Of a stretch of DNA of 64,000 nt, positions 21,030 through 31,286 are shown in pieces. The notes beneath the pieces are model-generated. The model did not search any database. It was not told where the DNA came from and worked only from the letters and a program-made list of their open reading frames with translations. The stretch lies in NCBI GenBank assembly GCA_963716725.1, contig CAVQUB010000015.1:288001-352000 (forward strand), given 5' to 3'. The DNA comes from an uncultured delta proteobacterium (lineage in GTDB: Bacteria > Myxococcota_A > Polyangia > Polyangiales > Polyangiaceae). The position numbers and the translations under genes were made by a program. Each line of letters begins with the position of its first letter. Positions within the stretch are counted from its first letter, which is position 1.

Positions 21030-22239
21030 TCACTTGCAATAGTCGGGCGGCGGCGGGACCGGGCTCGCGACCGGCCCGAGCTTGGCGGCGGTCGCCTCGA
21101 AGGCCAGGCCGATCGAGATACCGTCACAGGTCTTGCTCGGGTCGCCGTTCGTGCCGTCCTTCATGATGTCGCTGGCCGCGCGGAACGCCTGCGCGACGGA
21201 CTCCCAGGTCGAGCCCTCGCACAGCGTCTGGTCGAAGGAGCCGGCCACCTGCTGCAGCTGCTTCAAGTATTCCTCGGTGTCGAGGACTCCGGAGACCACC
21301 CCGGTCGCCGTTGCGACTGGGCCGGTGCCGACGATGGTCGCCACCACGCGCGCACGGCGGATCCGGAACGTGAGTCCGAACCCCTGGGTGTCCACGTTCA
21401 GATCGAGGGCAGCATTCGCGGGCGGCGAGCCCACCCAGACTCCGCCGACGACGTAGCTCTGGGGGAAGGTGACCAGCGGCTTGGTGATGTCGCCGCCGGA
21501 CACCGACTCGAAGGTGGGCGGGCGAAGATCGCTGCCCGACCAAGCCGGCGGCGCGCCGACGGGTGCGGCGCCGAACAGGGCCGCCTTCACCCCGTTCTGC
21601 GCCGCGGGAGCGCCGAGGTTCGCCAGATGGATGAGCCAGGTGCCCGAGCCCGAGTCGATGGCGGCGCTCAGCTCCTGAGTCGGGTCGGGGCTGAGGCTCA
21701 GGATGATCTTGAGCACGTTCGAACCAAAGGAGTTGTCGATGCCGTTGTCTCCGTCGGTCTGCACCGACGATTTGACCCCGCCCTTCTGCGGCGCGCAGTG
21801 GTTGGTCGAGTTCTTGGTCGGAGACCAGCCCGTCGACGTTCAACCCGTAGCTGCGCCACGCGGTCGAACTCGGTTGCCCCTGCGTGTCGGTGTCGCCGAG
21901 GAATATCTTTCGCATCACCAGCGTGGTCGGCGTGCTTCCGGTCGCGGGGGGCGCGTTTGGATCCGGGGGCGGAGGCTGCCCGACCTCCGCGCCACTGCCG
22001 CCCATGCCTCCGCTGCCGGCCATGCCGCCAGCGCCACCCGCACCGCCAGCGCCACCTGCGCCACCTGCGCCACCTGCGCCGCCCGCGCCGCCCGTGCCTC
22101 CGCCGCCAGCGCCACCCGCACCGCCGGTGCTCGTGCCTCCGCTGCCACCCGTCGCGTTGCCGGTGGAGGTCGAGCCTCCGCATCCAACACCCACCAGCGC
22201 TGACAGCGCCGCTAGCGCAACCCACTCAGAGCCCCGCAT
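21030..22239 (-). CDS. Gly-rich myxobacterial-type lipoprotein of unknown function; frameshift at ~21820
   Basis: Lipobox VGVGC, Gly/Ala linker and YGLNVDG. After removing one base it continues TKNSTNHC...DGDNGIDNSFG...CDGISIGL. Confidence 0.7.
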
Positions 22240-22339
22240 GAGCACCTCCACCGCCCAGCGTCGCGCGGGGATCCGGTTTGCGCAAGCCAGAACGCAAGTT
22301 CGAGCGTGCGCTGCGCCGGGTGGTACGCTGGTCGGCTCC

Positions 22340-25300
22340 GTGTCGAAGGGTCCGCTCGCACATTTTCACGAGCCCGTGCGCGTCTGGTTCGAAGAGGCGC
22401 TCGGCGCTGCCACGCCCGTGCAGGCGCGGGGCTGGAAGGCGATCGCCGAAGGCCGATCCGCGCTGATGCTCGCGCCAACGGGATCGGGCAAGACGCTCGC
22501 GGCATTTCTGGCGGCGCTCGATCGCCTGGCGTTTCGATCCGAGCCCGAGAAGCAGCAGCGCCTCGCGGTCCTGTACGTGTCTCCGCTCAAGGCCTTGGCG
22601 GCGGACATCGAGAAGAACCTCGTGGCGCCCATCGCGGGGATCCGAGCCAAGAGCCTAGAGCTCGGGGTGCCGTGTCGCGAGATTGCGGTGTCGGTGCGGA
22701 CCGGCGACACCCCGGCCCGCGAGCGCAGCGCGTTTGCCCGATCGCCGACCGACATCCTGATCACGACCCCGGAGTCGCTGTACCTGCTGCTCACGAGCGA
22801 GGCTCGCGCGCGGCTCGCGAGCGTGGACACGGTGATCGTCGACGAGATCCACTCGCTCGCGGCGACCAAGCGCGGCGCGCACCTGTTTCTGTCTCTCGAG
22901 CGGCTCGAGGCCCTCCGCTCGGGGCGGCCGCGGCTGCAACGCATCGGGCTCTCGGCGACGCAGCGCCCGCTGGGAGAAATCGCGCGACTCCTCGGCGGCG
23001 GCGAGGTCGATGGCGGGGTCGATGGCGGGGTCGATGGCGGGGTCGATGGCTGGGGTCAGAGCTGGAGCCCGCGCCCCGTCGAGGTGGTCGACGCGTCTGC
23101 CGGCAAGCAGCTCGAACTCCGGGTCGAGGTGCCCATCGAAGACATGGCGCGGCTCGCCGGCGCAAACGGGGAGGGGGAGGCGTCGATCTGGCCATCGATC
23201 CACCCGCGCCTGGTGGAGCTGGTGCGAGCTCACCGCTCGAGCATGATCTTCGTGAACAACCGCCGGCTCGCGGAGCGCCTGGCGGCCGCGATCAACGAGA
23301 CCGCGGGCGAGACCCTGGCCCTGGCGCATCACGGATCGGTCGCGAAGGAGCGCCGCCGCGAGATCGAAGAGCGGCTGAAATCGGGCCTCTTGCCGGCGAT
23401 CGTGGCCACGAGTTCGTTGGAGCTCGGCATCGACATGGGCGCGGTCGATCTCGTGGTCCAGATCGAGGCGCCGCCCTCGGTGGCGTCCGGCATCCAACGC
23501 ATCGGGCGGGCCGGGCATCAGGTCGGGGCGCCGTCGAAGGGCGTGATCGTGCCCAAATATCGCGGTGATCTGTTGGCCTGCGCCGCCGCGGTCGAGCGCA
23601 TGATGGCGGGCCAGGTCGAGGCGACCGCGTACCTCCGAAATCCCCTGGACGTGCTCTCGCAACAGATCGTCGCCATCGCCAGCGTGGAGCCGATCGGCGA
23701 AGACGATCTGTACGCGCTGGTGCGCCGGGCGGCGCCCTACGCCGATCTGCCCCGAGGCTCCTTCGAAGGCGTGCTCGACATGCTCTCGGGCCGCTACCCC
23801 TCCGACGAGTTCGCCGAGCTCAGGCCACGGCTGACCTGGGATCGCAGGGCCCGAGTCGTGCGCGCCCGCCGCGGCGCGAAGCGCCTGGCCGTGGTCAACG
23901 CTGGCACCATCCCGGATCGCGGCCTCTACGGCGTGTTCTTGGCCGGCTCGGAGGATCGCCCGGTGCGCGTCGGTGAGCTCGACGAGGAGATGGTCTTCGA
24001 GTGTCGAGTCGGGGATGTGTTCGTGCTCGGGGCGTCGAGCTGGCGCATCGACGAGATCAGCCACGATCGCGTGCTGGTCCGACCGGCGCCGGGTGAGCCG
24101 GGGCGAATGCCCTTCTGGCACGGCGACCGTCCGGGCCGTGCTCCGGAGCTCGGTCTGGCCATGGGCGCGTTGGCCCGGGAGTTGGCCGATGCTGGGAGCG
24201 ACACCGCGGCGCGCCTCAGGTCGGATCACGCGCTCGAGGCCGGGGCCGCCGAGAACCTGCGCGCCTACGTGCGCGATGAGCTTGCAGCCACGGGACACGT
24301 GCCGAGCGACCGGACCTGGGTGGTCGAGCGCTTCGTGGACGAAGTGGGCGACTTTCGCGTGTGCCTGATGAGCCCCATGGGTTCCAGAGTTCACGCGCCG
24401 CTCGCCCTGGCCATGCGCGCGCGCGCTCGCAGCGAGAGGTCCGCCGAACTCGAGTGTCTGTGGTCCGACGACGGCATCGTGTTTCGCTTCCCCGAGAGCG
24501 ACGCGCCGCCGGACGTCGCGGGCTGGATCCCCCGCGCCGACGAGATCGAAGATCTGCTGATCGAGAGCCTCGGGACCAGCTCGCTCTTCGCGGCGCGCTT
24601 CCGCGAGAACGCAGCCCGGGCGCTGCTCTTGCCGCGCCGCTATCCAGGCAAACGCAGCCCGCTCTGGGCGCAGCGCAAGCGCTCCGCGGATCTGCTGCGG
24701 GTGGCCGCCCGCTATGGCAGCTTCCCGATCCTGCTCGAGACCTATCGCGAGTGTCTGCGCGACGTGTTCGACCTGCCCGCCCTCGTCGACGCGCTCCGGC
24801 GCATCGAGTCGCGAGAGCTCCGGGTCGTCACCGTGGACACCCGCCGCGCGTCGCCTTTCGCCGCAGCGCTTCTGTTCGCCTACGTCGGCAACTTCATCTA
24901 CGACGATGACGCCCCCTTGGCTGAGCGTCGAGCGCGCGCGCTGACCATCGACTCGGGCGAGCTCGCGGAGCTGCTCGGGGAGGCGGAGCTGCGCGAGTTG
25001 CTCGATCCGGAGGCCATCGAGAGCGCCGAGCGATCGCTGCTGCGCCTGACCGAGCCCAGCGTGGCGCACCCGGACCAAGTGCACGATCTCTTGCTCGGCC
25101 TGGGACCGCTCTCGCTCGACGAGATCGGAATGCGCGTCGTGCCGGGGGCGGATCCCGCGAGCCTGCTGCGAGCGCTCGTGGACGAAGGCCGCGTGTTTCA
25201 GGTCACGATCGCGGGCGACCAACGAGTCGTGGCCGCGGAGGACATCGGTCGGCTGCGGGACGCGCTCGGCGTCGTGCCGTCCCCGGACGTGCCTCGGGCC

Positions 25301-26791
25301 TACCTCGAGCCGGTGGCCGACCCGCTCGGAGATCTCTGCTCGCGCTACGCCCGCACCCACGGGCCTTTCGCCATCGAGAGCGTGCGGCAGCGCTTCGGCG
25401 TTGAGGTGCGCGACGCATTCGATCGATTGATCGCCCAGGGGCGCGTGGTCGAGGGCGAGTTCCTGCCTGGAGGACGTGGTTCGGAGCTCTGCGACGTCGA
25501 GGTGCTGCGCACGCTCAAGCGACGATCGCTGGCCAAGCTGCGTCGCGAGATCGAGCCGGTGGATGCGGCGGCGCTGGGGCGTTTCACTTGTGAATGGCAC
25601 GAGATCGGCGGCAGAGCATCGGGCCAGGATGCGCTCGCGACGGTGGTCGATCGCTTGGAGGGCGCGCCGCTGGTCGCGTCGGTGCTCGAGAGCGAGATCT
25701 TGCCCGCCCGACTGGCGCGGACCGCGAGCGCCGAGCTCGATCTCGCCTGCGCGCGCGGTGAGATCGTGTGGCGTGGGCTCGAGCCGCTCGGCGATCGAGA
25801 CGGCCGCATCGCGCTCTACCACTCGTCTCGCTACCCGCTCTTGGCGCCAGCGCCGACCCAGGTCGACGGGCAGCTTGCCGGAAAGGTCCGCGAGCTGTTG
25901 GCTGCGCGGGGCGCGTCCTTCTTCCAAGACCTCGTGCGCGGCACGGACGCGTTTGGTCGCGACGTTCTCGACGCGATCTGGGACCTGGTTTGGTCGGGCG
26001 AGGTGACGAACGACACGCTCGCGCCCCTGCGATCGCGCCTGGCGGGCGACGCGGCGCCCAGCCGGCGACAGCGCATCAGCGGGCGACGAGCGCATCCGAT
26101 GGGTCCCCCGGGCAGCGAAGGGCGCTGGTCGCTGCTGGCGTCCACGGGTGAGCGCTCCGAGACGGAACGGCGCGTGGCCTTGGCGGAGTCGCTGCTGGAA
26201 CGGCACGGCGTGCTGACGCGTGAGGCCGCGCACTCCGAAGGCCTCAGCGGAGGCTTCTCGGCGGTCTACGACGTGCTGAAACAAATGGAGGAGCGCGGGC
26301 GGGTGCGCCGTGGGTACTTCGTGGCGGGGCTCGGCGGGACTCAGTTCGCGCTGCCCGGCGCGGTCGATCGCCTGCGCCGCCGGCGCTCAGGGGCCGACGA
26401 CGCTCGGGCTCATCTGCTCGCGGCCACCGATCCGGCCAACCCTTACGGGGCCGTCGTGCCGTGGCCCGAATCGACGGAGCCGCAGCGCTTGTCGCGGAGC
26501 GCCGGCGCGAGCGTGGTGATCGTGGACGGAGCCCTCGCTGCCTACCTGGCCCGCGGCGACGCGCGGCTGCAGACCTTCTCCCGCGACGATCGGACGCTCG
26601 CTGCCGTGGCCGCCGCGCTGTTCCAGCTCTTCCGGCGCGGGCGGCGCGCGCTCCTGATCGAAGAGATCGACGGCGGGCCAGCCCAGAGCTCGGCCTTCGC
26701 GCCGGCGCTCCGGGCGGCGGGTTTTTCCGCATCATGCCAAGGCCTCCTGGCTCGGCCGAGCCTCGAAGCCGCGACGCTCGCCGCGCCCTAG
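22340..26791 (+). CDS. lhr: Lhr family ATP-dependent SF2 helicase (long form)
   Basis: APTGSGKTLAAFL, YVSPLKAL, ITTPESL, DEIH, GLSATQRP, TSSLELGID and QRIGRAGH, plus a C-terminal RRGYFV..LGGTQF / AATDPANPYG extension. Confidence 0.92.
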   Translation: MSKGPLAHFHEPVRVWFEEALGAATPVQARGWKAIAEGRSALMLAPTGSGKTLAAFLAALDRLAFRSEPEKQQRLAVLYVSPLKALAADIEKNLVAPIAGIRAKSLELGVPCREIAVSVRTGDTPARERSAFARSPTDILITTPESLYLLLTSEARARLASVDTVIVDEIHSLAATKRGAHLFLSLERLEALRSGRPRLQRIGLSATQRPLGEIARLLGGGEVDGGVDGGVDGGVDGWGQSWSPRPVEVVDASAGKQLELRVEVPIEDMARLAGANGEGEASIWPSIHPRLVELVRAHRSSMIFVNNRRLAERLAAAINETAGETLALAHHGSVAKERRREIEERLKSGLLPAIVATSSLELGIDMGAVDLVVQIEAPPSVASGIQRIGRAGHQVGAPSKGVIVPKYRGDLLACAAAVERMMAGQVEATAYLRNPLDVLSQQIVAIASVEPIGEDDLYALVRRAAPYADLPRGSFEGVLDMLSGRYPSDEFAELRPRLTWDRRARVVRARRGAKRLAVVNAGTIPDRGLYGVFLAGSEDRPVRVGELDEEMVFECRVGDVFVLGASSWRIDEISHDRVLVRPAPGEPGRMPFWHGDRPGRAPELGLAMGALARELADAGSDTAARLRSDHALEAGAAENLRAYVRDELAATGHVPSDRTWVVERFVDEVGDFRVCLMSPMGSRVHAPLALAMRARARSERSAELECLWSDDGIVFRFPESDAPPDVAGWIPRADEIEDLLIESLGTSSLFAARFRENAARALLLPRRYPGKRSPLWAQRKRSADLLRVAARYGSFPILLETYRECLRDVFDLPALVDALRRIESRELRVVTVDTRRASPFAAALLFAYVGNFIYDDDAPLAERRARALTIDSGELAELLGEAELRELLDPEAIESAERSLLRLTEPSVAHPDQVHDLLLGLGPLSLDEIGMRVVPGADPASLLRALVDEGRVFQVTIAGDQRVVAAEDIGRLRDALGVVPSPDVPRAYLEPVADPLGDLCSRYARTHGPFAIESVRQRFGVEVRDAFDRLIAQGRVVEGEFLPGGRGSELCDVEVLRTLKRRSLAKLRREIEPVDAAALGRFTCEWHEIGGRASGQDALATVVDRLEGAPLVASVLESEILPARLARTASAELDLACARGEIVWRGLEPLGDRDGRIALYHSSRYPLLAPAPTQVDGQLAGKVRELLAARGASFFQDLVRGTDAFGRDVLDAIWDLVWSGEVTNDTLAPLRSRLAGDAAPSRRQRISGRRAHPMGPPGSEGRWSLLASTGERSETERRVALAESLLERHGVLTREAAHSEGLSGGFSAVYDVLKQMEERGRVRRGYFVAGLGGTQFALPGAVDRLRRRRSGADDARAHLLAATDPANPYGAVVPWPESTEPQRLSRSAGASVVIVDGALAAYLARGDARLQTFSRDDRTLAAVAAALFQLFRRGRRALLIEEIDGGPAQSSAFAPALRAAGFSASCQGLLARPSLEAATLAAP
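23006..23050 (+). repeat. In-frame 12-bp tandem repeat GTCGATGGCGGG x3.75 inside lhr
   Basis: Encodes VDGG-VDGG-VDGG-VDG between the two RecA domains. Confidence 0.9.
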
Positions 26792-26798
26792 TGCCGGC

Positions 26799-27827
26799 TC
26801 ACCACTGGCCGTCGCGCACCAGGTGCTTGGCCAACAGAACGAGCTTGTTCAGCGGACCCGGTGCGACGCTGTCGTCGTCCTGGAGCGGGAGCGTGCTCTT
26901 CTGGGCGTCGAGCTGCTTCACGCTCTCGATGCGCTTCAACGCATTTGTCCCGTCGAGCGTCTCGCAGTGCTCGTCGTAGAGCGCGAACCAGGGCAGCGCG
27001 TGCTTTCGATATTCCTTCGCGGTCACAGGTGACTGCGGCGGACGCTCGCCAGTGATCTCTCGCCACAGCTCGCTGTTCACGATGTGCAGGTAGATCCGCG
27101 CGCTGGCGTCGAGATCCCAGCTGTCGATGCCGTGGGGATCGGGGTAGATCTTTTGGTGCATGCTGCCGCCGGCGCCGAGGCCCATCGACCCCGCGCTCCG
27201 CGACTTTGCGCCCGGACTCATGGACGCGCGGTAGGGACCTGCCCCGGGGGCTGCGCATGGCGCCGGCATGGCGCCGAGGGAGCACTGCCCGAGATCGCTC
27301 CTTCGTGGCGGAAAGCGCCCGGGTTTTGGCGCGCAGACCTTGATCTGGATCCCGCCGAAGCGCTCTTCGCCGGTGACCTGGCCTTCCACCGTGTACCCCA
27401 TGCCGAGCGGCATGGCGATGAACTGTCGGATGCGACCCGGTCCGACGCAGATGCCGTCGAGCCACGGTTGCGGCGGCGCGACCAGGTAGTCCTGTGGCAC
27501 GTCGTGCAAGCGTTCGGACCAGGGGTCGCCCGTCAGCGCGCAGATCTTGCCCACGGCGATCTTGACGGCGTGGGGAACCAGGCTGCCAAACGAGAGCCAC
27601 ATGGCCTCGCGCTGGTACATGGGCAGGAATACGCCGCCGCGGCCAAGCCAATCGGCCGGGACGCGATCGGCGTAGTCGTCGACGCGGCGCACCGGAAACG
27701 CCCCGAGCCCGGGCGGCAGCGGATAGCTGCGGCCGTCGTCGGGGATGCGCAGCGTGCGTTGAAAGCGGATGCTGAGGTCGTTGCCGAAGGACACGCAGTC
27801 GTTCTTCACCTGTACGTCGAGCTTCAT
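26799..27827 (-). CDS. Conserved-looking hypothetical protein
   Basis: FQRTLRIPDDG..YPLPPGLG.FP, FLPMYQREAMW, QPWLDG, QFIAMPLGMGYTVEGQVTG and MGLGAGG..QKIY.D; AGGAG RBS. Confidence 0.75.
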   Translation of the reverse strand: MKLDVQVKNDCVSFGNDLSIRFQRTLRIPDDGRSYPLPPGLGAFPVRRVDDYADRVPADWLGRGGVFLPMYQREAMWLSFGSLVPHAVKIAVGKICALTGDPWSERLHDVPQDYLVAPPQPWLDGICVGPGRIRQFIAMPLGMGYTVEGQVTGEERFGGIQIKVCAPKPGRFPPRRSDLGQCSLGAMPAPCAAPGAGPYRASMSPGAKSRSAGSMGLGAGGSMHQKIYPDPHGIDSWDLDASARIYLHIVNSELWREITGERPPQSPVTAKEYRKHALPWFALYDEHCETLDGTNALKRIESVKQLDAQKSTLPLQDDDSVAPGPLNKLVLLAKHLVRDGQW

Positions 27828-27872
27828 CGGGTTCTCCTTCTCTGGGCGGGGTCGTCTGCCCACGAGAGAACC

Positions 27873-27898
27873 GACGGAGGGACCGCGGCGCTTGTCAC
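27873..27898 (-). promoter_or_regulatory. Putative ECF promoter GTGACA-N16-CGTC upstream of the 26799-27827 gene
   Basis: Same bipartite motif as the one upstream of the divergent sigma gene. Confidence 0.55.
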
Positions 27899-27966
27899 GG
27901 GGTTGCCGGACAGTCGCTTCAAGTTTCCGTAAGTAAGGGAGATTTTCGGGTTCCCGGGGGGGCGCG

Positions 27967-27993
27967 GTGACAGGAATGGCCCGCTGTCGTCTA
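27967..27993 (+). promoter_or_regulatory. Putative ECF autoregulatory promoter GTGACA-N15-CGTCTA
   Basis: Ends 8 nt before the sigma gene GTG, so the mRNA may be leaderless. Confidence 0.55.
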
Positions 27994-28001
27994 GTGGCGA
28001 G

Positions 28002-28961
28002 GTGGATGCCCTCGCGCCGTCCCGGGAGCTGTCGATGCTGATCGCGGCGGGCGATTTGCGCCGAGCCGGAGAGTGGCTCGTGGCGCGCTACGCGCGGGAC
28101 GTGATCGCGTTGTGTCGGAGCATGGTGAGAGAGCGCGCGCTCTCGGAGGATCTGGCGCAAGACGTGTTCGCGCAGGCGTTCGCGCACCTCGGAGGCTATC
28201 GCGCGGAGGCGGCGCCCCGGACCTGGCTGCTCGCCATCGCGCGCAACCGCTGCATCGATCAGCTCCGGCGCAGCGATCGTGAGCCCTGGCGAGATGCCGA
28301 CGACGGGCTCGAGGCGGATCACCTCGCGGACGACGCTCCACTGCCGCCCGAGCTGTTGCTGCGCCGTGCCGACGTCGATGACGCCTTGAGGGATCTGGAA
28401 GAGAACGAGCGAGCGCTGATTGTTCTGCGTTTCCGCCACGGACTCGAGTACCCCGAGCTGGCGAGCGTGTTCGGTTTGCGGGAAGGCACCGTGCGCATGC
28501 GGCTGTCGCGCGCGCTCGGCAAGATGCGCAGCAGGCTCGAAGCGCGGGACGGGCAGGCAGCGTCGCTTGGGGGCAGCGCCCCCGAAGCGCAGGGCGAAGC
28601 GGCGCCCTCGCGGGGGCGAGGGGCTATCGAGCTACCCGCTCCAGGCGCGCCGCCGCCGGCCGCGGCTCGAGCGCCTTCGTTCGCGCCGCCACTTGCCTCG
28701 GAGCAAGCCCCGAGCGCCCGGCCGCTGTCCGCTCCCTCGCGCGCGAGCCGAGCCACGTCGGGCGCTCCGGCTCCGCGGGCCGTGAGCTGGCTCGAACGCC
28801 TGCGCGGCTTCTTCCGCAGCGCCCCCGAGGAGCTCGCGCCAGAAGACACCGAGCCGCAGCCGCCCACGACGCCCTTCGCGGCGGCGCTCGCCGACCCCGA
28901 CGCCGAGCCGACCGAAGGGTTCTCCCGGAAGCTGGAGGCTCTCCTGGCTGGGCTGCCCTGA
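28002..28961 (+). CDS. ECF sigma-70 factor with Pro/Ala-rich C-terminal extension
   Basis: EDLAQDVF..., TWLLAIARNRCID (region 2); L.Y.ELA...G..EGTVRMRLSRA (region 4). Confidence 0.9.
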   Translation: MDALAPSRELSMLIAAGDLRRAGEWLVARYARDVIALCRSMVRERALSEDLAQDVFAQAFAHLGGYRAEAAPRTWLLAIARNRCIDQLRRSDREPWRDADDGLEADHLADDAPLPPELLLRRADVDDALRDLEENERALIVLRFRHGLEYPELASVFGLREGTVRMRLSRALGKMRSRLEARDGQAASLGGSAPEAQGEAAPSRGRGAIELPAPGAPPPAAARAPSFAPPLASEQAPSARPLSAPSRASRATSGAPAPRAVSWLERLRGFFRSAPEELAPEDTEPQPPTTPFAAALADPDAEPTEGFSRKLEALLAGLP

Positions 28962-28968
28962 TCGGGCG

Positions 28969-31201
28969 TCAGCCGCTGCGCACGGCCTTGGCTCGGAGCG
29001 ACGCGACGCTCACGCCGCCCTTCGTTCGCACCGCGACCCGCAGCGAATCGTCAGCGTCGACCGCCGGGGTCCAGCGGATCTCGCTGCCCGTGCCTTCGAC
29101 GAGTCCCTCGGCCTCCCAGCGCCAGGTCGCGCCCGCGGGCGCGCCGCGGAGCTGCGCGTCGATGGCGTCGCCGGTGCGAGTGGCGACGATTTCGATCTCG
29201 GGTGGATCGAAGAGCGGCAGATCCCGGCTTCGCACGGCGCGCCGGGCGCCGGTGTCGACCCATTGATCGATCACGTCGAGGCGCTTGCCTGCCGGAGCGT
29301 CGCCGTCGTTGAGCGACATGCCGCCGTCGGCGGGCGGCGGATCGGCGACCATCGAGTCGTCCTCGGCGTCCGCGTCCTTGCCGCCATCGTCGGGCAGCGC
29401 ATCGACCACCATCTGATCGGGCTCCACGTCGTAGCCGCTGTCGCCCGGCAGCGGATCAGCGACGAAGTGGTCGTCCTTGCCGCCGTCGGTCGGCGGATCG
29501 GTCGAGCTGGTGTCGCCCCCGCAGCCCGTGGCGCCGAGGGCCCAGAGCGCGAGCGAAGCCGTCAGCGCGACATTGGATCTCGAGCGCGCCGGCGCACGCT
29601 TCCGTGCCCGAGGCTCCCCGAGGCGGCGGACGAAAGCGCTGATGTCGGCGTAGAACTCGTCGAGCTCGTGCTGCCAGGCTCGGTCCGAGGCGGCGACATC
29701 GAGGGCCAAGAGCGCGGTTCCGCGCTCGATGGCGTCGAAGTCATCGAGGCTCGCCGACTGAGCCAGGTCGACGGCCTTCTCGAGCAACGCGGCAGTGTCG
29801 AGGGTGATGGCGCGGGTCAGTGACTCGGCGCGCTCGAGCAAGCGTCGGTGCGCCCCCCCGAGGTCCGGGTGGAAGTGCTCCACCAGCTTGGCCGCGTAGC
29901 CCACGCCCATGTAGCGGTTGGCCACACCGTCGCAGCGGTAGTTGCGCTCGCGGAACGCCGCCGACGCGATGCGGAACGCGAGCTCCGCTCGGGCGTCGTC
30001 GATGCGGTAGTTCCAGCCGAGGTAGCTGCCGCCGATCTTGCCGGCGTCGGCCAGACCCTGTTGCAGCGGCGTGCCGTAGTAGGGCTCGGCGCGGCAGAAG
30101 TTCACGGGCTGCGTCGGGTGCTCGCGCATGAACGCGATGTTCTCGCGCACGTCGGTCGAGGGTCGCCCCGGGCTCGAATACCAGCAGATTGTAGCAGGCG
30201 AAGATCCCGGCTTGCTCGCAGGCCGCCAGCGCCTGCGCCACGGCCTGGTGCTGCACGCCGCGGTTCAAATGCTCCGAGCCCGCGCGGGCCACGTTCTCGA
30301 CTCCGACGTAGAGGCGCACGACGCCCAGCGCGCGGAGCTCGGTGGCGAGCTCGGCGGTCAGGGTCTCGGGCCGGCATTTACCGATGAATCCGGCGCCTTC
30401 GACCTGCCGCGCGCGCAGACTGTCCCGGATGGCGCGGATCCGCGCCAGCGAGTCTTCGGGTTTGGGCAACAAGAAGTTGTCGTCGTGGAAGCAGAACACG
30501 CAGGCCTCGCCGATGGCGTGGCTGAGCCCCGCCATTTCGTCGGCGATGTTCTCGGGGCTGCGGAAGCGCAGCATCGGACCGCCGCCGTCGCGCTTGGCGT
30601 CGCGGTAGAACGACGTGATGGAGCAGTACGAGCAGCTGCCCCAGCAGCCGCGAGAGGCCATGATGGGCACGAAGGGCACGCCGGCGTGGCGCGCGGGCTG
30701 GCGGTAGCGGATGGGGAAGGGCAGCGAATCGAGGCTGGTGCCCAGGCCGCGCCCGGGGTTCTTGCGGACGCCCTCCGGTGCAGCGAGGGCGAGCCCACGC
30801 ACGGAGTCTAGGGGCTCACGTCGCTCGAGCTTCTCGAGCAGCTCGACGAAGGTCTCTTCGCCGTCGTGCAGCACCACGCTGTCGACCCCGTGCCCGCGGC
30901 CGAGCACCTCGCTGAAGGCCAGGGTCGGAAACTGTCCGCCCGCCGTCACGTGTCCGCGAAAGCCCTCGCGCCGCAGCAGGCGCGCCAGCGAGAGGAACTC
31001 GTGGGAGCGGTGCTGGAACTGCATGCTGAGCCCGACGACGTCGGGCGAGTCGTGGGCTATCTCGCGAGCGATGCGCCCGCGGGAGCCCGAGTCGTTGAAG
31101 GGCACGACTCGCACCTCGTGGCCGGCACCTTGCGCCACGGCCGCGATCATCCCGAGCCCGAAATTCTCCTCGAAGTCCGCCCCGACCAGCACCACGCGCA
31201 T
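28969..31201 (-). CDS. B12-binding radical SAM enzyme with C-terminal lipoprotein-like, repeat-bearing tail; frameshift at ~30156
   Basis: N-terminal cobalamin-binding domain (PDVVGLS, TAGGQFPT), RGCWGSCSYC, FHDDNF and LYVGVEN. One extra base in CTCGACCGACGTG separates TLD from DVRENIAF. Confidence 0.85.
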
Positions 31202-31286
31202 GGGTCACCTCCACGGCAATGCTGCGGCGCTTCGTCGGCCCTGAACATGACGGGCATCAACACCTCGGATAGGCTCGACCGTCGCG

